From Acidobacteriaceae bacterium (GTDB lineage: Bacteria > Acidobacteriota > Terriglobia > Terriglobales > Acidobacteriaceae): 64,000 nt of DNA. Below are positions 56,246 through 64,000 of the stretch, piece after piece (within the stretch, counting starts at the first letter, position 1; the number at the start of each line of letters is the position of its first letter). The stretch spans positions 96 to 64,095 of the forward strand of contig JAPWKG010000010.1 of NCBI GenBank assembly GCA_028283625.1, read 5' to 3'. Both the position numbers and the translations under genes were made by a program. Below the pieces are notes generated by a model that saw only the letters and a list, made by a program, of their open reading frames with translations, ran no database searches and had not been told where the DNA came from.

Positions 56246-56907
56246 TAGTGCTGCAGCGGTAGCGGCTGCGTGTTGTTGTACTGCAGATCTTCAACCGAAG
56301 CCGTATTCGCGCTGAGGCTCTTGATCTTGTACTTGCGGGCAACAATCTCGCCTTCCTGCGCGAGATAGACATCTTCTCCGCTCAGGAAGAACCCCTGGAG
56401 CTTGCCGTCTGCCTTCTTCATGGTGCCGAAGTATTTCAGGTTGATCGGCGGAGGAGGAGGAGGACCGGTCGGCGCCGTCGGAAGAACCACCGCCTGCTGC
56501 TGCGAGGGACGCGCCGAGGGGATGTTCTTCGGCATCGGCGGAGGAGGCGGGGTATACGTCGCCGAGAAGATATTGCGGCCGGAACCGGCGTACTCCAGCG
56601 ACTCCGCACGCAGCATCGCAACCTGATCGAGCGTAGGATCCAGACCACCGGAAGCGCTGGCAAGCTTCTGCGCATTGACTCCGGCAATGGCGTTCTGCGC
56701 CGTGCGGCCATTCGATCCGGAGGAAGAAGACGAGCTCTCCGTATGCGCCGGAGAAGCCGTGTGGATGACCGGCGCGGCCTGCGGCGGCGGCGCGGAGCTT
56801 CCAAAGCCGAAGAGCTGGGAGTAGGCAAAGATCGCGCAGCAGAGCGCTACGGCACCCAGCCCGATTGCCATCATGTTCTTTTTGCGGCTCTCTGCGCTCT
56901 GTTTCAC
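56245..56907 (-). CDS. Bitopic Pro-rich protein in PilP/GspC-like position
   Basis: N-terminal TM, 'GRNIF', poly-Pro linker, C-terminal 'LKYFG...EGEIVARKYKI'. Confidence 0.7.
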   Translation of the reverse strand: MKQSAESRKKNMMAIGLGAVALCCAIFAYSQLFGFGSSAPPPQAAPVIHTASPAHTESSSSSSGSNGRTAQNAIAGVNAQKLASASGGLDPTLDQVAMLRAESLEYAGSGRNIFSATYTPPPPPMPKNIPSARPSQQQAVVLPTAPTGPPPPPPINLKYFGTMKKADGKLQGFFLSGEDVYLAQEGEIVARKYKIKSLSANTASVEDLQYNNTQPLPLQH

Positions 56908-57593
56908 TGCGCACCTCCCGCATGCTTGCCATCGGCCTCTGTTCCCGGAACAGCCAGCTCTTTCTTCATCTCCTCTTCGTTTGGAGTACGAAGATAGGTT
57001 GTCAGGCGGATGCGCAGATTGACTTGCCCGGTCTGCTGCCCGGTGAGGTTGATGCCACCGATCACGAAGAAGGTCTTGTCCCGTTCCAGAGCGTTGATGA
57101 ACTCCACGACAGGCCGGTAGTCGCCGCTGACGCTAGCGTCCATGCGGACCTCGGTCAAGGCATCTTTGCCGGAGAGAGCCGGGTTCTGCGTGTACTGCAC
57201 GCGAGTCAGGCGAACATCGGCCTTCTTGGTCAGCAGGCCCAGCTCCGCAGCAACCTGGGAGTAAGCGTACGGCAGACGGTGCGCGTAAAAAGCATCCGCG
57301 TCTGCAGTAGACTTCACCACTTTCGCGTCGAGTCCACGCAGGGGTCGCGCCGCAATCTGCGCCGCGCGTAGAGAAGCCTTCTCTGAAGACAGGGCATTGG
57401 CATCATGCACAGTCAGAGAGCTCCACTGCAACACGATATGGACGATGAGGAAGAGCACCACCAGCAGCAGCGCTGCCGCCGCCGCTAGATGCAGATTCAG
57501 CACCGTAATGAGCGCACGGGCTCGCGCGGTCATGCGCGGCAGATGACGCAGGAAAGATGAGTTTGCGGAGGTTGATTCGGCGATCAGGCTCAC
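56904..57593 (-). CDS. PilO/GspM-like protein
   Basis: TM plus 'SGDYRPVVEFINALER'. Confidence 0.75.
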   Translation of the reverse strand: MSLIAESTSANSSFLRHLPRMTARARALITVLNLHLAAAAALLLVVLFLIVHIVLQWSSLTVHDANALSSEKASLRAAQIAARPLRGLDAKVVKSTADADAFYAHRLPYAYSQVAAELGLLTKKADVRLTRVQYTQNPALSGKDALTEVRMDASVSGDYRPVVEFINALERDKTFFVIGGINLTGQQTGQVNLRIRLTTYLRTPNEEEMKKELAVPGTEADGKHAGGAQ

Positions 57594-58528
57594 TGCTCCG
57601 GCCCTCCTTCCTGAGATTGATCTCCCTGAGGCGGAGGGCTCGACATTCCCGGCCCTCCCTGGGGCGGAGGCGAAGGCGGCCGCGAACCAAACGGACGAGC
57701 CTGGCCGTTCGGCGGCATGCCGCGTTGCTGCATCGGGTTGCCGGAAGGCTGCGGCTGCTGCGGCAAAGGCCGCACAGGAGCAGCCGGACGTGGGGCCGGG
57801 GTGGGAACACGCGGAGCCAGCACAACAGGCCGCTGCACTCCCGGGGTACGCATCGGTACAGGAGCCGCTACGGGCACCGCCGAGGCAGGCGCCGGTTCGG
57901 TATCGGGCTTATCAAACTTATAGGTCTCGTTCGGCGGCAACGGGTTGTAGTTCGCCAGGATGTCAAACTCCACACCCGCCGGGCCTAGCTGAGGCTGCGC
58001 GTTCTGCTGGCCAGCCTGCTTGGCCTGCGTGGCTTCGCCGCTTAGACGAGGATGCAGAAAGCGCTTGGAGCGCTCCAGATTGCGGACAAGCTGCACCGCG
58101 CGATCTCGATCGCCCGAGACACGCAACCGGATGATCACATCGCCTTCCTGCGTGATCTGCGGCTCAATGGCGGTGACCTGTACGCCGGTCGGGAGAACCG
58201 TTTCCAAATCCATCATCACAGCGGTCCAGGAAAAGCTCTTGCGCAGAAAAACAGCGTTCAGAAAGTGAGCTCGATCCAGCACCTCGGCGTTCACCGGCTG
58301 CTTCATCCGCGCTTCGCTTGAAAGCTTTTCCTGCTGCACCTTTACTGTCGCAGCGTGGACCTGATCGATCTGGGCGGTGGCGCGCTGCACACGCAACGAA
58401 AGCACGTGCGCCCAGATGCCGAGGCCAACCACCAGAACACCCAAAGCTGCCATGACCAGGCGCAGGCGCAGGAAGATCGGCCCCCACTCGATATAAGGCC
58501 TTGTCGCCAGATTGATTTGAATCTTCAT
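57590..58528 (-). CDS. PilN-domain protein with Pro/Gln-rich tail
   Basis: INLA motif, TM, 'WTAVMMDLETVLPTGV'. Confidence 0.8.
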   Translation of the reverse strand: MKIQINLATRPYIEWGPIFLRLRLVMAALGVLVVGLGIWAHVLSLRVQRATAQIDQVHAATVKVQQEKLSSEARMKQPVNAEVLDRAHFLNAVFLRKSFSWTAVMMDLETVLPTGVQVTAIEPQITQEGDVIIRLRVSGDRDRAVQLVRNLERSKRFLHPRLSGEATQAKQAGQQNAQPQLGPAGVEFDILANYNPLPPNETYKFDKPDTEPAPASAVPVAAPVPMRTPGVQRPVVLAPRVPTPAPRPAAPVRPLPQQPQPSGNPMQQRGMPPNGQARPFGSRPPSPPPQGGPGMSSPPPQGDQSQEGGPEQ

Positions 58529-59814
58529 GCGCGGACCGCTCCCGCCACCGCAGCCAGCAAGCTGCGGCTCATACGCGAAGAGGTACTCTCTACCGCCACA
58601 TGCTCTGCATCAATCAAGTCGCGCACGCGTAAACCGTTCGTCTCAGCGACGCCTTCCGCTTCCAGCACACGCTGCAACTGGTTGGCGCTCAACGAACCGG
58701 CACACAACACGGTCGAAGGCGCTTCCGCCAGCGTGTCTTCAAAATATGCAGCCGCAACGTTCACCGCCTGCGCAACCTCCAGGGCGTACTCCGCCGAGGG
58801 CAACGGCTCACCGGCGTGAATGTGGTGTGTAAGCTCCGCTGCCGTGGGGGCCAGCTCTACGCCCTCCCGCACCGCAATGCTTGTCGGCGCGTTGAGAATG
58901 GCATTGTGCAGCTCGGAGCTCCACTCGGACAATACTTCCGGCTGAACATAGGGCGAGTTGCTTACCGGCGCGGGCTCGGCAGGCTGCGCGTAGGGATTGC
59001 GGCCATGCTCCGGCAGAGGCTCCTGCGCAGCCCACTCCGCCTCGGTCTCTTCGACAGAGACGAGCGGCAGCATGGCCAGATCGTGCGTGTCTGCTGCAGC
59101 GGCAGCGGCTTCCGCCTCCATCTGCTCCACCACGGAAAGCCCGCTGGGCTCGGCCTGAAGGTCAACCGTGCGGTGCAGCATCAGGATGCCTTCGCGGGCG
59201 ATCGCGGTGGTGATGCTCAAGGGGCTGATGTTGACCACCAGAGAAATGGTCGAAGCGTCCGTGGCGGCCAGGGCAGATAGCGTGCTGGGCAGCACCGCTC
59301 CAGGCTCATACCCCGCCTCGCGCACGGCCGTCTCGTACTCATCCAGCACGTCGCGCGGTATGGTCACGGCGAGTACTCGGACCATCTGCCGGCTCTGACT
59401 CATGATCTGGTAGCTAAGCGCGGCGGAGTCAGAATCAAACGGAACAAGCTTCTTCAGACGAAAGCGAATCAGGGGTACAGCTTCAGCCGCTTTGCCCGGC
59501 AGCGATTCAAAATCCAGCAGGAGAACGCGGCAGGCGCCATCCGGGATGATCAAGCTGATATCGGCGCCACGCGAGTTGGGGCGCAGACCGATCTGCTCCA
59601 GCGCTTTGCGCAAGGCAGCGATCACCGCGACACGGTCCACCAGATTGCCCGGGCGAAGGCCAGGAATCACTGCGCCGCCCTGAAGCGTGCCTTGCCCGAT
59701 CGCCGTCAGGACACCTGTTGCGGCATCTTCTGCGCGAGCAGCGACAACGCCCTGCGGGGCGATTTCGCACGCCACGCGTGGACGGGAACCAGGAGCTTTA
59801 GCAAAAAAATTCAT
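58525..59814 (-). CDS. PilM-like (actin-fold) protein
   Basis: 'RFRLKKLVPFD', 'YE..VREAG..PG.V'; directly upstream of PilN. Confidence 0.75.
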   Translation of the reverse strand: MNFFAKAPGSRPRVACEIAPQGVVAARAEDAATGVLTAIGQGTLQGGAVIPGLRPGNLVDRVAVIAALRKALEQIGLRPNSRGADISLIIPDGACRVLLLDFESLPGKAAEAVPLIRFRLKKLVPFDSDSAALSYQIMSQSRQMVRVLAVTIPRDVLDEYETAVREAGYEPGAVLPSTLSALAATDASTISLVVNISPLSITTAIAREGILMLHRTVDLQAEPSGLSVVEQMEAEAAAAAADTHDLAMLPLVSVEETEAEWAAQEPLPEHGRNPYAQPAEPAPVSNSPYVQPEVLSEWSSELHNAILNAPTSIAVREGVELAPTAAELTHHIHAGEPLPSAEYALEVAQAVNVAAAYFEDTLAEAPSTVLCAGSLSANQLQRVLEAEGVAETNGLRVRDLIDAEHVAVESTSSRMSRSLLAAVAGAVRA

Positions 59815-60001
59815 CTGAAACTCTCAACAGTGTACCGGCAGAGAAGCCCGCTTTCTTGGGGTAGCTGCTCTTTGGACGCAGAGCGTGGAAAACCGTTATG
59901 CGTCCGCCTCGTTTCGACCCGTTCCTGCCACCTTTTCCACCGAACCGGCTGCCCTTCCCCGCGAGGCTCCGGGGGAGGAATCCGCGCCCCGGAGCGCCGG
60001 G

Positions 60002-61639
60002 TCAGCGCCCTGTTTCAATAAAGGTGACCTTGTTGATCTCGCGCAGCGTGGTGATGCCCGCACGAACACGCTGCAACGCGGAGTCGCGCAGGAAGTTCAT
60101 TCCCTTATCGCGCGCTTTTTTACGAATCTCCGAGCCGGGACGCTTTTCTAGCAGCATCTCGCGTACCTCATCGTCCAGCTCCAGCAGCTCGTGGATCGCG
60201 GAACGGCCACGGTAGCCTGTGCCGCCACACTCGATGCAGCCAGGCCCCTCCTTGAATTCCACGTGGCGCCACTCGGCCGGATCCAGACCATTCATCACCA
60301 GTTCCTCGTCACTGTGATGGATGGTGCGCACGCAGAACTCGCACACCTGACGAACCAGTCGCTGCGCCAGAATGCAGTTCAGCGCCGAAACGAAGTTGTA
60401 CGGCTCCACACCCATGTTCAGGAATCGTCCCAGCACGTCGACCACGTTGTTTGCGTGAACCGTGGTGAACACCAGATGCCCCGTCAGCGCGGAGTTGATG
60501 GCAATCTGCGCTGTCTCCGCGTCACGGATTTCGCCAACGAGAATCTTGTCCGGGTCATGACGAAGAATGGAGCGCAAACCGCGCGCAAAGGTAAGCCCCT
60601 TCTTCTCGTTGACCGGAATCTGCGTGATGCCGCGAATTTGATACTCGACCGGGTCTTCGATCGTGATGATCTTGTCTTCTTCGCTCTTGATCTCATTGAG
60701 CGCGGCGTACAGCGTGGTCGTTTTACCGGAACCGGTTGGACCGGTCACGAGCACCATGCCGTAAGGCTCTTTAATGTAACGGCGGAAACGACGGAGATCG
60801 TCCTCACCGAAGCCCACCACGTCGAGAGAGAGGTTGGTGAACTTCTCCGACATCGACTCTTTATCGAGCACTCGCAGTACGGCGTTTTCGCCGTGCACCG
60901 TGGGCATGATGGAAACACGGAAGTCGATGAGGCGGCCCTTGTAGCGGACACGAAAACGTCCGTCCTGCGGTACGCGGCGCTCGGCAATATCGAGCTCGCT
61001 CATCACCTTGATACGCGAGATGATCGTCTGGTGATGCTCGCGCGCGATCGGCGCCATCGCCTGCTGCAGCACGCCATCGATGCGGTACTTGACCAGCAGC
61101 GAGTCATCATAGGTCTCAAGATGAATATCCGAGCAGCGCCGTTCGAGCGCAGTGAAGATCGTCGTATCGACGAGGCGGATGATCGGCGAAAGATCGTCAT
61201 CGGCCGCTAGCTTGTCGATCGAGATAGACTCATCCGCGTTCTCCTCGCCTGAGAGCACATCAAAGGCAAGACCTTCGCTGGCTTCGTCGAGCACACGCTG
61301 CGACTGCTCACTCTTCTTCAGAATGTCGGCAATCTGCGAGCTGGTGGCTACGCGCGTAACGATGCGCGTGCCGAGCAGGCCCGCGATCTCGTCCAGCACC
61401 ATCAGCTTCGACGGATCGGCGACTGCAATGGCCAGACGCCCTTCGTTCTGCTCCAGCGGAACGAAGTTGTAGCGGAACATCATGTCCACGGGCACGCTTT
61501 TGAAGAGCTCGTGTTCGATCTTGAAGTTCTTAAGGTCAACAAACTCAGCGTGGTAGCGACGTGCAAGACGTTGCGCGCGCTCGGTTTCGTTCAACGAGTC
61601 GTTGGCGTAGGGTTGGGCGACAAGCGGTGCGGATGCCAT
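60002..61639 (-). CDS. GspE/PilB assembly ATPase
   Basis: GPTGSGKTTT, TIEDPVE, LRHDPD.ILVGEIRD, TGHLV and tetra-Cys motif. Confidence 0.95.
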   Translation of the reverse strand: MASAPLVAQPYANDSLNETERAQRLARRYHAEFVDLKNFKIEHELFKSVPVDMMFRYNFVPLEQNEGRLAIAVADPSKLMVLDEIAGLLGTRIVTRVATSSQIADILKKSEQSQRVLDEASEGLAFDVLSGEENADESISIDKLAADDDLSPIIRLVDTTIFTALERRCSDIHLETYDDSLLVKYRIDGVLQQAMAPIAREHHQTIISRIKVMSELDIAERRVPQDGRFRVRYKGRLIDFRVSIMPTVHGENAVLRVLDKESMSEKFTNLSLDVVGFGEDDLRRFRRYIKEPYGMVLVTGPTGSGKTTTLYAALNEIKSEEDKIITIEDPVEYQIRGITQIPVNEKKGLTFARGLRSILRHDPDKILVGEIRDAETAQIAINSALTGHLVFTTVHANNVVDVLGRFLNMGVEPYNFVSALNCILAQRLVRQVCEFCVRTIHHSDEELVMNGLDPAEWRHVEFKEGPGCIECGGTGYRGRSAIHELLELDDEVREMLLEKRPGSEIRKKARDKGMNFLRDSALQRVRAGITTLREINKVTFIETGR

Positions 61640-61668
61640 GGTGTTTCGACTCCCGTGGAAGTGTGAAG

Positions 61669-62868
61669 CTAGTTCGAGCCGCCTACGCCGTTGAGGCTGA
61701 AGATCGGCAGGTACAGAGCGATGAGGATCACGACCACAACGACACCCATCACAATCAGGATCGCGGGTTCGATCATGCTCATGATGGCTGCCAGTGAAGT
61801 CTGTACATCCTCTTCAAAAAATTCGGCAACGGAGTTCAGCATCTGCGGCAAAGCGCCGGTTGACTCTCCGACTTCAATCATCTCGATGGAAAGCTCCGGG
61901 AAAACGCCGGTTCTCTCCAGGCTAGAGGAAAGCCCTTTGCCCTCACGCACCGACTCCACCGAAGCGTATACAGCGGTTTGGATCGAGCGTGAATCGATGG
62001 AGCGCGCCGCGGTTTCAAGACTCGGCACAAGAGGCAGGCCGCCCTGCAACAACGTGGAAAGAGTACGCGAGAACAGGCCGACCTGATATTTGAGCCATAC
62101 CTGGCCCAGCAGTGGCATCTTCACGCGCACCTTATCAATGAGCACGATGCCCGACTCGGACTTGCTCCAGCGCGCAATCCCCCAGCCGAGCACACCGCAA
62201 ACCATCAGGATGTAGATACCGTAGTGCTGCGCGTCCTGACCGATCTGCAGCAGAAGCAGCGTAAGGGACGGCAACTTGGTGCCGAGCTGGTCATAAAGCT
62301 GCGCAAAACGCGGTACGACGAACGACACCAGAAAGATGAACAGACCGATCACCATCAGGATCAGGAAGACCGGGTAGATCAGCGAAGCCTTGAGTTTCTT
62401 GCGAAAGGTCAGCGAGACGCGCTGGAAGTCGAGAAAGCGCTGCAACACCTCTTCGAGGTTGCCGGAACGCTCACCGGCCAGCAGCGTAACGGTGTAGACG
62501 ATAGGAAAGCCGCCCTGCGCCTCAAAGGCCTGCGAGATGGATTCACCGGTCTTCACGCGAGCGGCAACGTCTTCCAGCTGCGCGCGAAACGTCTCATCCT
62601 TCTGCCGCTTGGCAAGCAGATCGATCGACCCAAGAATGGGTAGACCGGCGCGGATCAGCGTAAGAAACTGCTGGTTATAGATGAGAAAAACGTCGAGCTT
62701 AACCTTCTTTTTCGCGGCAATACCGAGCGTGGAGCGCGGCTTAACCGAATACACCAGATAGCCGGCCTGCGTGAATCGTGCGCGCAACTCCTCCGCGGTG
62801 GCTGCCGCGTGGGTCTGCTCCAGAATGCGTCCGCGATCATCTGCGAGTTTTACGGTGAATTCGGTCAT
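61669..62868 (-). CDS. GspF/PilC platform protein
   Basis: GERSGNL, ASLIYP, GESTGAL and IEP motifs. Confidence 0.95.
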   Translation of the reverse strand: MTEFTVKLADDRGRILEQTHAAATAEELRARFTQAGYLVYSVKPRSTLGIAAKKKVKLDVFLIYNQQFLTLIRAGLPILGSIDLLAKRQKDETFRAQLEDVAARVKTGESISQAFEAQGGFPIVYTVTLLAGERSGNLEEVLQRFLDFQRVSLTFRKKLKASLIYPVFLILMVIGLFIFLVSFVVPRFAQLYDQLGTKLPSLTLLLLQIGQDAQHYGIYILMVCGVLGWGIARWSKSESGIVLIDKVRVKMPLLGQVWLKYQVGLFSRTLSTLLQGGLPLVPSLETAARSIDSRSIQTAVYASVESVREGKGLSSSLERTGVFPELSIEMIEVGESTGALPQMLNSVAEFFEEDVQTSLAAIMSMIEPAILIVMGVVVVVILIALYLPIFSLNGVGGSN

Positions 62869-62995
62869 CAGTGGTGCGTTCGAGAAGGGTCGCTTTCAGT
62901 GTAGCTGCCTGGGGGCTCTACACGTCTGACCGTTGCAATGAGGATTCGTAAGCAAGCTGCACGGCGAGGGCCTTTCAACCTCTATAATTGGACTT

Positions 62996-63985
62996 GTGAG
63001 CACAAACAATGTAGCCTATTCGGTCGTTATACCCCTCCTGAACGAGGAAGACTCGATTCCGGAGCTATACGCCCGTCTGAAAAACGAGTTGGAGCGCCTG
63101 ACCCAAGGAAATCGCGAGCAGTTCGAGATCATCCTGGTGGACGATGGCAGCACCGACCACAGCTTTGCCTTGCTATCCGAGATCGCGGCCATCGACTCGC
63201 GCGTCAGCGTCATACAGTTCCGCAAAAGCTACGGCAAAACCGCTGCGCTGGTGGCAGGCTTTGAACGGGCACGCGGACGGATCACCCTCACGATGGACGG
63301 GGACCTGCAGCATCATCCGGAGGATATCCCGCGCTTCATCGAGAAGATCTACGAAGGCTATGACATCGTTTGCGGATGGCGTGAAAAACGTGTCGACAAC
63401 CTGTGGTTCCGCCGCATTCCGTCGAAGATCGCCAACTACTTCATGCGCAAGCTGAGCGATGTCGACATCTCCGACTTCGGAGGCGGTTTCAAGGCCTATC
63501 GCACCTCTCTGCTCAAGGCCGTACCACTTTATGGCGGCATGCAGCGCTTTATCCCGGCGCTGGCCTCCATTCAGGGCGCACGCATCTGCCAGCTCGCGAT
63601 CGAAAATACGCCCCGCCGCTTCGGCAAATCGCGCTATGGCATCTCTCGCGTCATCCCGGTCTTCTTTGACCTGCTGCGCATTCACTTCCTGCTGCACTAC
63701 CTGCAGCAGCCGCTGCGCTTCTTCGGCTCCATCGGCATGTTCTTCTTCGGAGCAGGAACGCTGACCGGCTTTGGCCTTTTCCTTACCTGGCTCTTCGGCA
63801 GCCGCACCATCATTCACGATCACGGCCCACTCGCACTGACCGCGAGCATCTGCGTGATCGGCGGAATCCAGTTCCTGATGCTCGGCCTGATCGGAGAAAT
63901 GCTGCTCTGGTTCAACAACAATCGCAACAAGAACCAGTACACCGTAGCCTCCGTGGTGGAAGAAGGTCGCCTGGAGCACTTCTAA
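62996..63985 (+). CDS. GT2 glycosyltransferase (ArnC/DPM-like) with two C-terminal TMs
   Basis: SVVIP.LNEE, VDDGSTD, MDGDLQH and R..GKSRY motifs. Confidence 0.92.
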   Translation: MSTNNVAYSVVIPLLNEEDSIPELYARLKNELERLTQGNREQFEIILVDDGSTDHSFALLSEIAAIDSRVSVIQFRKSYGKTAALVAGFERARGRITLTMDGDLQHHPEDIPRFIEKIYEGYDIVCGWREKRVDNLWFRRIPSKIANYFMRKLSDVDISDFGGGFKAYRTSLLKAVPLYGGMQRFIPALASIQGARICQLAIENTPRRFGKSRYGISRVIPVFFDLLRIHFLLHYLQQPLRFFGSIGMFFFGAGTLTGFGLFLTWLFGSRTIIHDHGPLALTASICVIGGIQFLMLGLIGEMLLWFNNNRNKNQYTVASVVEEGRLEHF

Positions 63986-64000
63986 ATCCAACGGTACCTG

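Overview
This is a GC-rich core-genome window, most consistent with an Acidobacteriaceae (subdivision 1) chromosome, judged from the zinc-ribbon insertion in RpoB, the YXWGXW protein and the C-terminal 'LxGCG' Ig protein. In order it contains: a partial PBP transpeptidase, nnr and tsaE; an unannotated 33-aa membrane peptide gene; and a minus-strand dcw cluster (mraZ to murC) with two inserted genes and no murB/ddl/ftsQAZ. Next come a PiuA/Sel1/PiuC-type iron uptake unit, dxs, a secreted LTD-Ig protein, a DAACS symporter, a GAF/PAS kinase and an S1/P1 nuclease. The window continues with rplA-rplJ-rplL-rpoB-rpoC (no rplK, with separate promoters), a radical SAM repair gene, a Spy/CpxR/CpxA-like module, an M24 peptidase, a PilC-PilB-PilMNO/pseudopilin cluster and a GT2. 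I found no tRNA, rRNA, CRISPR array or transposase. The most interesting leads are an Ig domain apparently split by a membrane hairpin ending in an internal lipobox (candidate surface-anchoring system), the sORF/sRNA locus at about 3.1 kb, NrdR- and DnaA-like boxes upstream of mraZ, a roughly 515-nt rpoB leader, and Ser-FG repeats on a pseudopilin. All calls come from reading the sequence by eye; no searches were run.
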